Below the pieces are notes generated by a model. That model saw only the letters and a list, made by a program, of their open reading frames with translations. It ran no database searches and was not told the DNA's origin. Below are positions 11,199-21,424 of a stretch of 64,000 nt of DNA, piece by piece (within the stretch, counting starts at the first letter, position 1; each line of letters opens with the position of its first letter). The stretch comes from Bryobacterales bacterium (GTDB lineage Bacteria; Acidobacteriota; Terriglobia; Bryobacterales; UBA6623), in the NCBI GenBank assembly GCA_963422375.2, contig OY729427.2, forward strand, positions 1,120,001 to 1,184,000. Reading direction: 5' to 3'. Position numbers and translations under genes: made by a program.

Positions 11199-12246
11199 GG
11201 GAATTATATCGGATAGTGCCTAAATAACCCTTGACCGAGGCCGCTGGGCACTATATGATGCCCCCATGAGTCGGACTGGACCGGGCCGGAGCGAACGACG
11301 CGGAATAAGCCTCCCTGAGCTGTTCCGCCAGTTTCCCGACGATGCCGCTGCCGAACGGTGGCTGGTCGAGCAGCGCTGGCCGAATGGGATCGCCTGCCAT
11401 CACTGCGGGTCGACCAATGTGCAAACCGGGGCGAAGCACAAGACGATGCCGTTCCGCTGCCGGGACTGCCGCAAGCGGTTCAGCGTCCGCACCGGGACCG
11501 TCATGCATGCCAGCAACCTCGGACTCCAAGTGTGGGTCATCGCCATGTATCTGATGTCTACCAGCCTCAAGGGCATCAGCAGCATGAAGCTGCACCGCGA
11601 CCTGAACGTGACTCAGAAGGCCGCGTGGTTCCTGGCGCACCGGCTCCGCGACGTGTGGCGCGTGGACGGACACCCGGCGCTGCCGTTCATCGGCCCGCTG
11701 GAAGTGGACGAAACGCACGTCGGCGGGAAGGCGAAGTCGATGCACGGCAAGCGCAAGAAGGCGCTTGGCATCGCAGACAACCCACTGGCGAACAAGACCA
11801 CGGTGGTCGGCGTCCGGGACCGCGAGACCGGCAAGGTAAAGGCGGCCGTCGTGAGCGACACCGCGCCGGAGACGCTGCATGGGTTCGTGGCGCACTGCGC
11901 GGCCCCGACCGCGACGCTCTACAGCGACGGGGAGCCGGCGTATGCCGCGTGGCCGCGCCACGAGGCGGTTGTCCACTCGGCCGGCGAGTACGTGAAGGGG
12001 TAGGCCAGCATCAACGGCATGGAGTCGTTCTGGAGCCTCCTCAAGCGCGGCTACGTCGGCACGTTCCACCGCATGAGCCGGGAGCACCTGCACCGCTACG
12101 TGGCGGAGCTCGAGGGTCGGCACAACGCGCGCGGGGACGACACCATCGACCAGATGGCGGCGATCGTACGCGGCGCGGAAGGGAAGCGGCTCCGCTACGC
12201 CGACCTGACCGCCCACCGGCACGGACACACCGCGACGGCTGTCTAG
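11199..12246 (+). mobile_element. IS1595-family element (copy A), transposase pseudogene
   Basis: Left end GGGAATTATATCGGATAGTGCC. ORF 11266-12246 has a zinc ribbon (CHHCGS..CRDC), EVDETHVGG, YSDG and NGMESFWSLLKRG, with an in-frame TAG at 12001. Right end not found. Confidence 0.9.
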
Positions 12247-15200
12247 CCCGGATTATTCATGGCGGCCTCGCCTCGGTCGCCGGCGGGAGGTGACCGGGCC
12301 CGATTCGGCCACCGGCAGCGGGTGACCGACCGTTGGACAGCACCTTGAACGCCGCACACGGCGGGTAGCGGTGTGGTTGAGCGACTGACCGGCGTGATGA
12401 TGGGCGCGGCAAGAGGCGGGCAACGACAATTCCACCCGTCGGGCGGTTGACAGCCTTCTGGACGGCAGCGATGCGACGCTCGTCGAGCAGCTATCCGGCG
12501 CGCCCCCGAGGGCGAATGCGATGTGCCGCCACGCCGCCAGGTCCGGTGTCGCGCGCGGCAGGCGCAGGACGATGCGACGCACGGAGCGCACCACCTGGAC
12601 GCCGAGCTTCAGCAGCCGGTCGCGCAGCCAGGGCGCCTGCGCGCGGCTGCACGCGGTGTCGGCGGCGCGCAGCCGCAACTCCTGCATCAGCACGTAGGCG
12701 GCGGCCGTCAGCAGGACGCGCAACTGGTTCGGTGAGAACTGGTGGCAACTCGTGCGGTCGATCCGCAGGGCCTTCAATTCCTTGATCCGGTTCTCGACGT
12801 CACCGCGGTCGCAGTAAACCTCCTCGTAGAGGAAACGCGGCGTCTGCCGCATGTTGGTCACGACGAAGCGCGGATTGTCCCGCGGCGCGCGACCCACGAG
12901 GCAGACGACTTCGGCCTTGATGATGACGCGGCGCGCGTGGTTCCACGTGCCGGCCTGATACTCGGCGGTCTCGGTGTAGACGTGCTCGGTCTGTTCACTG
13001 CGCCAACTCCGCGCCACCAGCATGGCCGGCTCGGCGTGCCGCTCCAACACCGCGTTCTTCGCCATGGCGACCACGTATTCGAGTCGCGGCTGCGCCTCCA
13101 GGAAGTCGAAGACCTCCGGGGTCGCAAAGCCCCCGTCGAGCCGAACGCGAAAGTGCGCCCGCGGAAACGCCCGGCGCAGCAGCGGCAGCAACCGCGACAA
13201 TAGGCCGACCGTCCCCTTGGAGGCGACCGCCTTGCCGTGCCGCAGCAGCGCCGCGCACAGATACTGCTCGGATCGCAGTCGAAGGTCAGGAAGGCCAGCA
13301 GCGGCAGGTAGCACCAGGTGTCGTAGTTCCCGTTGAAGAGCGTGTACTGCTGCGCCCCGTGCGTCGGGTCGTCCGTCGGGTCCAGGTCGATCGTGATGCG
13401 CCGCGCCCGCCCGTCCAGCCGGCGGCGATGCCGCGAGATGACCCGCGTGGCCAACTCGTCCGCTATACGGTAGAGAGCGCAGCCGTTGACTGCGTTCTCG
13501 AACCGCGACAGCGTCGGCTGCGAGGCCAGGCGCTCGCCCGAAACCGGGTCTCTGTCGAGCAGCAGCTTATGGACGGGGTCGTCGGCGAGACGGTCGCCGT
13601 CGTTGCAGTCGGGGTGGCCGCAGGCGATGCCGAAGATGCGCTGACCGACCAGGTCCGCGAGCGAGTGCCGGGTCTTGTCCGGCGCCCGCTTGTCGAACAG
13701 ACACCCGGCGAACGCCTTGACCAGGCCGTAGATGCGCTCGGCTGCCTTCAGCAGAACCGCCCCGCCGTCGGAGCTGGCCTGCTCCTGGTTGAACTCGGCG
13801 ACGACGGGCTTGGCGAACACATCGGGGAACAGAACAGTCCGTGATATCGTTTGGGAATTATATATCTGAGTGCCGAGGCAACCGATTTTGCAAATTATCA
13901 GTCCATAAATTAATTTCATATTTCTTCCGGAGATCTGTTGAAAGTCGGTGAAGTATTTTGATAGAATAGTTCCAATATATGAGGTCGTCTATGAAGCAGG
14001 AAGGCCCCGGGAAGTGGTTTCGTAAAGGCATCACTCTGATTGAGGTGATCGCCATGTTCCCCGATGACGAATCCGCGGAAAAGTGGTTCGCCTCCATGCG
14101 CTGGCCCGACGGTCCGGTATGCCCCCACTGCCGCGGCTCCAGCGTGCAGTCCGGCACGGCCCACCCTTCGATGCCGTACCGTTGCCGCGGCTGCGGCAGG
14201 CGCTTTTCCGTGCGCACCGGCAGCGTGATGGCCGACACCAAGCTCGGCTACCGCACCCGGGCCGTCGCCCTGTTCCTGCTGACTACCGGCATCAAGGGCG
14301 TCTCAAGCATGAAGCTGCACCGCGACCTGGGCATCAGCCGGAAGTCGGCCTGGCACCTGGCGCACCGCATCCGCGCGTGCCGGGAGCGGGATCAGGGCCT
14401 GTTCGCCGGCCCGGTGGAGGTGGACGAGACTTACGTCGGCGGCAAGGAGCGCAACAAGCACGAGAGCAAGAAGGCCCGCGCCGGGCGCGGGCCCGTCGGC
14501 AAGACCCCGGTGGCGGGGGCGCGGGACCGCGCCACGAACGCAGTGGCCGCGCGGCCGCTGCCGGGCACCGCCAAGGGCGACCTGCAGGGCTTCGTGCGCG
14601 CCCGCGTCGTGCCGGGCGCGCAGGTCCGCTCCGACGAGGCGGCGGCCTACGCCGGCATGGAGGAGTTCCCGCACGAAGCCGTCAAGCACTCCCGCGGCGA
14701 GTACGTGCGCGGGGCAGCGCATACGAACGGCATCGAGTCGTTTTGGTCCCTGTTCAAGCGCGGCCTGTACGGCACCTATCACCGGATGAGCGTCCGTCAT
14801 CTCGGCCGCTACCTCACGGAGTTCGCGGGACGGTACAACGACCGCGACTGCGACACGGCGGAACGGATGCGGCGCATGGCGCGAGGCCTGGTCGGCCGGA
14901 CGCTGACCTACCGGCAGCTGACCGGCAAGGCCGCGGTCGCGGCCCGAGCGGCGCCCTCCGCGCCGAGCGCCGCAGCCCGCTGCCGACGCGCTCTTCACGC
15001 TCGATGCGCTTCACGCTCGGTGCGAGGGCGCGCCGGATCTGGAATCCCCCGGCGCGACCCACGTCCGGCCCGGACCGTCCATGCAGGCCGTCGAGCGCCG
15101 GGGATCCGCTGTCTTCGGCCCTCGCAGGGCACGCAAGCGGCTTGCAAGGGGTGCCCTCCACCGCCAACCGGATTCCACCCGGCATGCGAGGGGGCCTCTC

Positions 15201-15489
15201 TTATCCGTACCTCGTCCATTCCGCTGGCAGGTTCGATTCAGATACGATCCCACCTTTCCGTGCCTACCGCGGCCGCATTCGAATGACCCGAGCCAGACGC
15301 CGACCTCCCTGCTCAGAGCAGTTCTCGTCGGACATGGCGTTGTTGGCACTCAGATATATAATTCCCTATCGTTTCGGGTGTCACGCAAGGGCCTCCGTGG
15401 TGGCGCAAGTGGTTGTCAACACTGCACTTGTACCACACGGGGGCTCTTGTGTCTGTACCGGAATCGGAATACGCCACGAATTTTTCGGG
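12247..15489 (-). mobile_element. IS1380-family element, frameshifted and interrupted by IS1595 copy B
   Basis: Motifs SSDGGAVLL, LASQPTLSRFEN, IDLDPTDDPTHGAQQ, RLDGGF and YCDRGDVENRIKELK. The GTG start at 15384 rejoins in frame after removing 13853-15374. Frameshift near 13275. Imperfect TIRs CCCGGATTATTCATGG and CCCGAAAAATTCGTGG. Confidence 0.9.
13853..15366 (+). mobile_element. IS1595-family element (copy B), complete
   Basis: Perfect 22-bp TIR GGGAATTATATATCTGAGTGCC. 8-bp TSD TATCGTTT at 13845-13852 and 15367-15374. Transposase starts at 13991 (EVDETYVGG, NGIESFWSLFKRG). The stop at 14945 is CGA here but TGA in copies C and E. Confidence 0.95.
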
Positions 15490-15510
15490 CTATCTGGTCG
15501 TCCGTGTAGG

Positions 15511-15762
15511 TCACGGGCATCGTCTACTCCGACCCATCCGCCGGATCCTGTACTCGTGGAACAGCGCCCGGGTGATCCGCTGCCGGACCAGCTCCTTCGG
15601 TGTCTCCTTGATCTGCTTCGTGCCCGAAATGAAGTCGAGGACGAACCCGTCGCGGACGACGTCCGTGTCGGTCGCGTCCGCCGATGCGGCCGCCGCGCCG
15701 CTGGCGGTAGCCGCGCCGGGCGTTCTTCGCTGACGCGTCCTGGTCGAGGGCCCTCGGCTCAT
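15511..15762 (-). pseudogene. N-terminal fragment of a type I-like restriction enzyme / N-6 DNA methylase (HsdR_N-like)
   Basis: LDFISGTKQIKETPKELVRQRITRALFHEY resembles the N-terminus of this family. Similarity is lost abruptly after that. Confidence 0.55.
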
Positions 15763-15925
15763 GTGTGACGGTGTTCTTCGATGGTACGAACCTCGCCTCC
15801 AGCTCTCCCAGGTCGGCGGTGCAGACGCCTGGCGGTCAATCGTACACAAGCAGGCTTGACTTGGGCCACTGTCGCGCGTTATGTGTTGCACAACAGTAAA
15901 CGCGCCGGCGGATGAGGCCCTGGCG

Positions 15926-16297
15926 ATGACCAAGAGTTTCGGGGGCACGATTCGGGAACTGCGGGAAGCGCAGAAGCTGGGTCTGCGGGCGGCGGCCGAC
16001 CGGCTGGAGATATCGCCTGCGTATCTCAGCCACATCGAACGGGGCAAGAAACACCCGCCGAGGCCGGCGCTCGTGAAGCGCATGGCGACGCTGCTCGGTG
16101 GCGATCCGGATCTGCTGTTCCGTCTCGCGGAGAGCACGGATCCCGATCTCGCCGCCTACATGCACCGCGTGCCGCGCATTCCGGAGTTCCTGCGCACCGC
16201 GAAGAAGATGAACCTGACGTCGGAGGACTTCGACGTGCTGATCGAAGAGGTCAAGCGAGGCCGCCCCTCGGAGACCATCGATACCGCGGAGACGTAG
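15926..16297 (+). CDS. XRE-family HTH transcriptional regulator
   Basis: FGGTIRELREAQKLGLRAAADRLEISPAYLSHIERG. Confidence 0.9.
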   Translation: MTKSFGGTIRELREAQKLGLRAAADRLEISPAYLSHIERGKKHPPRPALVKRMATLLGGDPDLLFRLAESTDPDLAAYMHRVPRIPEFLRTAKKMNLTSEDFDVLIEEVKRGRPSETIDTAET

Positions 16298-16311
16298 ACA
16301 CCGACACTGCG

Positions 16312-16358
16312 CGATGGCCACGTCGGTTCATGTCGATGGCCACGGTCGGTTCATGTCG
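16312..16358. repeat. Tandem 22-23-bp duplication
   Basis: CGATGGCCACG(G)TCGGTTCATGT occurs twice. Confidence 0.85.
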
Positions 16359-16449
16359 CCGGTCGCGAGTTGCCGCTGGACGAGCCTTTGCCGGCGGATG
16401 AGCCGGCCCGCGGGCTGTCGGCCATCCGGCGCGCGGCTGGCGCTCAGGC

Positions 16450-17013
16450 TCAGTCGCGCTTCGCCGTGATCGACTCGAAGCCCGATACCAGATCACTCTG
16501 GCCGAGGGCCTCTTCGAGCAATCGCAACGCCCGCCGGATTCGGCGCCGGTCGATGCGGGATCCGCGGAGACGCCAGAGGCTGCGCGCGTCCTCGATGTCT
16601 TTCGGACGGCCAGCGAGGATCTTGGCGATGAGGAGGTCGGCGATGTCGATTACCGGGACACTGGCGCCGCCGATGTCCGTGGTCTTCGCTCGGCCGAGGA
16701 ACTCGTCTTCGAGGCCGGACCCCGCCAGCACGACATCGAGGGGCATGCCGGTGGCGGCGTGGACGAACGGCAGGACACGCGTTCGCCGCAGGAACTCCGG
16801 ATCGTCGACGCGCAGCGTGAAACCAGCGGCCTCCATGTCGCGCGCGAAGCGCTGTGGGTCGTCAGGGGCGAGCGCGACGGTGATGTCGACGTCCGCGCTG
16901 AATCGAGGCACGCCGTACGCAACCACAGCCTGCGCTCCGAAAAGGTACCAACGCCCCCAGCGGTCGAGGATGGCGGACAGCGCCTTGAGCAGCTCAAGCG
17001 CGGCGGGCTGCAT
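16450..17013 (-). CDS. Nucleotidyltransferase, DNA pol-beta superfamily (AbiEii/DUF6036-like)
   Basis: Motifs GAQAVVAYGVPRFSADVD and KILAGRPKDIEDA. Confidence 0.85.
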   Translation of the reverse strand: MQPAALELLKALSAILDRWGRWYLFGAQAVVAYGVPRFSADVDITVALAPDDPQRFARDMEAAGFTLRVDDPEFLRRTRVLPFVHAATGMPLDVVLAGSGLEDEFLGRAKTTDIGGASVPVIDIADLLIAKILAGRPKDIEDARSLWRLRGSRIDRRRIRRALRLLEEALGQSDLVSGFESITAKRD

Positions 17014-17248
17014 CGACACGGGCGAACAGCTCGGTCATGCGCACATGGTGGCGCAGGTCGTCGCGGCGACTGGCCGCGTCAGGCCAGCCCGGATGTTGCA
17101 GCAGCACCTGCCGTCGCAACTCGTCGGCAATCCGCATCGCTTCGAGAGGACCGAGACGCTGAACCCGCTCGGCCCAGTAGGCATCCTTGGCGGCGCGCGC
17201 CCTCTGCCAATCGCGCGTCATGAAGGCGCGGATGCCGCGGGTGATCAT
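16994..17248 (-). CDS. Small protein overlapping the NTase start; putative partner or antitoxin
   Basis: 84-aa ORF MITRGIRAFMTRDWQRARAAKDAYWAER..., overlapping the NTase gene. Confidence 0.65.
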   Translation of the reverse strand: MITRGIRAFMTRDWQRARAAKDAYWAERVQRLGPLEAMRIADELRRQVLLQHPGWPDAASRRDDLRHHVRMTELFARVDAARRA

Positions 17249-17346
17249 CTCACCATCATATCTGCTTGCGGGTTGACGAAGCGATTGCGAAGTCGAGGTA
17301 AACAGCCGAGGATTCGCGCCCGGAGCCGCGTGAGCGGCGTAGCGCC

Positions 17347-17401
17347 TGAATCCCGATTCCACGGTCCAGAGCCGCGTGTCCTACCGTTGAACGACCTCCC
17401 A
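17347..17401 (-). tRNA. tRNA-Gln(CTG) pseudogene: 5' two-thirds only
   Basis: Minus strand reads TGGGAGG-TC-GTTCAACGGTAGGAC-A-CGCGG-CTCTGGA-CCGTG-GAATCGGGATTCA. D arm and anticodon arm are intact. The 3' T-arm strand and the acceptor strand (CCTCCCA..CCA) are absent. Confidence 0.75.
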
Positions 17402-17718
17402 GCAAGAAGGCGCAAGCAGGATCAACTGTCGATTATGGCAGGCCCTCCGCTCCGCCGCGAACCCCCGCGACGACGTTGCTGTTGCCTGATGCCGAGGACC
17501 GACGATTCTGTCGATGCCCCACACCGCGGCCCACCCGCTGTCCCTGAACCTGCGAACGTGTAGCCGTGCCCCAACACAAGGACGTCGGCAAACCGCTCGG
17601 ATTTGCCGATTCTGTTCGAATCTGGGCTGCGCGGTCTCGCAGGAATCTGCACCGTTCTACGGCGGAGACTTCTGAGACGCGGCCGCCTCCAGCTCGATCT
17701 CCGCCGCGAGCCGGGCGG

Positions 17719-18291
17719 TCACCCCGTCCCCCCGGAACGCCAGCCCCCGCCGCGCAGGAAGACCTCGCCCCACGCGTGGAGCTCGGTCGAGTCCGCCGTC
17801 TCGCTGTGGGCGTAGCCGCTGGCGAAGCGCGCGGCGAGGCGCTGTGCGAGCACCAGCGGGAAGCGCGCCGGGTCGCGCTCCGAGTCCTCGGCCGCGGCGA
17901 CAGCCAGCTCGCGCACTGCCGGGTGCGCGGCGTCGGGCGGACGCCGGTACAGCGCGAGCCGCTCGCAGAGGTCGGGTGCGTAGGCGCAGGACAGCGGCCG
18001 GTCCGGTTCGGTGACGAGGAATCGAAACGGATCGGTGACGAGCGTATCGACGACGGCCCGCGTCCGGAGGGTCGGGCCAGACCAGCGGCCCTCGAACCAC
18101 GCGCGGGTGACGACGTTGCCCTCCGGGTCGAGGTTCTCGGCGCGCACCACCGGTTCGGGATCGATCTCCAGTGCGAAGTCGACGAGGCGCACCACGCCGT
18201 CGGCCCGCGGGCGCAGCCGGATGACGTGGGGCTCTAGGTAGACCGGGGCGTCGAAGGCGTACGACGTCCGATGGCGGACCGTGATTCTCAC
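17719..18291 (-). pseudogene. Transglutaminase-family protein with an internal deletion
   Basis: N-terminal RITVRHRTSYAFDAPVYLEPHVIRLRP and later ARFASGY..LHAWGEVF. The catalytic GxCxD segment is missing. Confidence 0.75.
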
Positions 18292-18294
18292 GAC

Positions 18295-18460
18295 TCGGGC
18301 AAAGAAAGTGTGCGTGACCTCGTCGCCGAGGCCGTTGAGCTTGTCCTGGATCGCGTCGAGGAAATCGTGCAGGCCCAAACGAACCACGTCGACGAGGTCA
18401 GTATAGTCGAGCTCCGCGACGAGCCGGTCGAGCGCCCGCTCCGCGGGAACTCGTGGCCGG
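18295..18460 (-). pseudogene. C-terminal fragment of an alpha-E domain protein
   Basis: AERALDRLVAELDY..GLHDFLDAIQDKLNGLGDEVTHTFF, directly upstream of the transglutaminase, which is the usual gene order. Confidence 0.7.
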
Positions 18461-18535
18461 TTCAGTCGGCGAGCTGCTCCTCGAGCATCGCGACGGCCCG
18501 GACCGCAAGAGGCGCCGCGCGCCATCCAGAAGGTC

Positions 18536-18858
18536 TCAGTCGGCGGGCCGCTCCTCGATCATCGCGACGCCGCCGAGTCGGATCATCTGGCCGCGAATCC
18601 ATCGCTGCCGGCGGCGTACGCGCGCCGACGGATCGTCGACGCGCCAGCCGGACGGATAGGGCAGGACGGCCGCCAGCAGCGCCGCTTCGTCGGCGTTCAG
18701 ATCCAGCGGGCGCTTGTCAAAGAAGCGTTCGCTGGCCGCCGTGATGCCGAACACGCCCTCGCCGAACTCGGCGACGTTGAGGTACACCTCCAGGATCCGG
18801 CGCTTGCTCCAGCAGAGCTCGACGAGTACCGTGAGATACGCTTCGAGCCCTTTGCGAA
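18536..18858 (-). pseudogene. mtgA: Monofunctional peptidoglycan transglycosylase, C-terminal fragment cut by IS1595 copy C
   Basis: GT51 motifs RKGLEAY, WSKRRILEVYLNVAEFGEGVFG and EAALLAAVLP. Confidence 0.85.
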
Positions 18859-20294
18859 GGGAATTATATATCTGAGTGCCGAGGGAATCAAGTCGGCAAA
18901 TTATCAAGCCATTATAAGATTTCATATTTCTTCCGACTTTCCGTTGACATTCTGTGGTGTTTCTTGGTAGAATAGTTCCAGTATGGGATACCGTAAATGA
19001 AGAAATCAGGTCCCGGAAAGTGGTTCCGTAAAGGCATCACATTGATCGAAGTGATTGCCATGTTCCCCGATGACGAATCCGCGAAAAAGTGGTTCGCCTC
19101 CATGCGCTGGCCGGACGGTCCCGCGTGCCCCCGCTGCCGCGGCTCCAGCGTGCAGTCCGACGCGGCCCACCCTTCGATGCCGTACCGTTGCCGCGGCTGC
19201 GGCAAGCGCTTTTCCGTGCGCACCGGCAGCGTGACGGCCGACACCAAGCTCGGCTACCGCGTCCGGGGCGTGGCCCTTGTTCCTGCTGACCACCGGCCTC
19301 AAGGGCGTCTCCGGCATGAAGCTGCATCGCGACCTAGGCATCAGCCGGAAGTCGGCCTGGCACCTGGCGCACCGCATCCGCGCGTGCTGGGAGCGGCATC
19401 GGGGCCTGTTCGCCGGCCCGGTGGAGGTGGACGAGACCTGCGTCGGCGGCAAGGAGCGCAACAAGCACGAGAGGAAGAAGGCCCGCGCCGGGCGCGGGCC
19501 CGTCGGCAAGACCCCGGTGGCGGGCGCGCGGGACCGCGCCACGAACGCAGCGGCCGCGCGGCCGCTGCCGGGCACCGCCAAGGGCGGCCTGCAGGGCTTC
19601 GTGCGCGCCCGCGTCGCGCCGGGGGCGCAGGTCCGCTCCGACGAGGCGGCGGCCTACGCCGGCATGGCGGAGTTCCCGCACGAAGCCGTCAGGCACTCCG
19701 GCGGCGAGTACGTGCGCGGGGCGGCGCATACGAACGGCATCGAATCGTTTGGGTCCCTGTTCAAGCGCGGCCTGTACGGCACCTATCACCGGATGAGCGT
19801 CCGTCATCCGGGCCGCTACCTCACCGAGTTCGCGGGACGGTGCAACGACCGCGACTGCGACACGGCGGAACGGATGCGGCGCATGGCGCGGGGCTTGGTC
19901 GGCCGGACGCTGACCTGCCGGCAGCTGACCGGCAAGGCCGCGGTCGCGGCCTGAGCGGCGCCCGCCGCGCTGAGCGCGGCAGCCCGCTGCGGGCGCGCTC
20001 TTCACGCTCGGTGCGCTTCACGCTCGGTGCGAGGGTCGCACCGGATCCGGCATGCCCCGGTGCGACCCCGGTCCGGCCCGGACCGTCCATGCAGGCCGTC
20101 GAGCGCCGGGGATCCGCTGTCTTCGGCCCTCGCAGGGCCTGCAAGCGGCTTGCAAGGGGTGCCCTGCCACCGCCAACCGGGTTTCACCGGGGCAACCGGG
20201 GCATGCGCGGCGGCCTCTCTAGTCCCTTCCTCGTCCAATCCGCTGGCAGGCTCGATTCAGATACGATCCCACCCCTCCGTGCCCGCCGCGCCGC
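18859..20294 (+). mobile_element. IS1595-family element (copy C, same family as B), frameshifted, right end lost
   Basis: Left TIR at 18859. Transposase 18997-19954 is split near 19277. The 3' region is fused to a different IS1595 fragment. Confidence 0.92.
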
Positions 20295-20800
20295 GCCCCA
20301 GTAGGCCCCAGTAGGCGTCGTCCACCGGCACGATGCCGCCCGGCGGCACGCGCTCGTCGCGCTCCTGCAGCACTGGCAGGAGCTTGTGCTGCACCTTCCA
20401 AGCCGTGTTCCGGCTCACGCCCAGCGGCACGCGCCAGTTCCAGCGACGAAACGCCGTGCTGGCCCTGCGTCAGCAGGTGGATCGCCAGGAACCGGACGGT
20501 CAGCGTCAGCTGGGTGGCGGCGAAGATCGTGCCGGCGACGAGGGAGCTCTGGCGGTGGCAGGCACTGCACTGCCAGAGCTTGCGGGAGCGGATGCGGCAG
20601 TGCCGCCGGGAGCCGCACTCCGGACAGCGGGCGTTGAAGACGGCCTGCTCGCATTGCCCCTCGCTGCCGTAACTTGCCCAGACTCAGTCCCTTCTGGAAT
20701 TGCACGCGATTGCCTTTCATCTGCTATCCCCTTTCCTATCAGAGGTTTCCGACCTCCTCCAGTATAGCATATCCTCGGCTGACGTTCGTTGGTAATCAGG
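20295..20800 (-). mobile_element. Fragment of a distinct IS1595 family (family D), 5' half only
   Basis: End CCTGATTACCAACGAACGTCAGCCGAGG at 20800. MKGNRVQFQKGLSLGK. Multiple internal deletions. Confidence 0.88.
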
Positions 20801-21424
20801 ATGAATTATCATATTTTGGTTGAATTGAAATTTGAGTTTGCGGTGATCTTGGGGGGTTTAGTCTATAGGATTGACTTGCCGACCGACGAAGACAGGTATC
20901 GATATGCAACTAATCATGAGAGGAAAAGCAGACTATACTTTCCGTGCAACGAAGATGAAGGTTCACCTACGCCTCTTCGAGGGTTTGGGGAATCGATTCG
21001 ACGACATGATGCGTTTGACGGTGATTCAATTCGAACAGGTCAGATCAATTCTCGGTCTAGTCGCTGAACGGACACCGGACTAAATAGGCGGAGGCAAGAC
21101 GCGCCAGTCGACCTTCGTTCGGTCTGCCGTTTCGGCGGCCCGCAGTTTGGTCCGCCGAAACAGCAGGACATCAGAGATGCACGCCTACCAGCCTACGCAC
21201 GGGCAGGTGGAGCCGACGCCGCAGGCCGCCGACGCGCAAGACTGAGACGAATGCGCACGATTCCCGCAGCCGGATTGCTCGGACGGGCCCCGGGCCGCGA
21301 CCGCGCACGAGTCGCGCGCCAACGCACGCCCGGATCGCACGACACGGGTGCTCCCGGCCGCTCCGCAGACAATGCGCCCGTGGCCGATTCCGCCGGCTGG
21401 CTAGAATAATGGGCAGAACGTTCG

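Noticed and set aside
12001..12003. In-frame TAG in IS1595-A (and TGA in Panacea) as pyrrolysine/selenocysteine recoding
   Set aside because: The surrounding elements are decayed and no recoding machinery or signal is visible. Ordinary nonsense mutations suffice.
14083..15768. 561-aa ORF and other long Arg/Pro/Ala-rich overlapping ORFs (e.g. 33087-35288, 59782-61434)
   Set aside because: Alternative-frame or antisense shadows of recognisable genes in high-GC DNA.
20002..20238. Minus-strand passenger ORF in the IS1595 3' region
   Set aside because: The frame is not conserved among copies B, C and E and there is no recognisable motif. An ancient passenger gene cannot be fully excluded.
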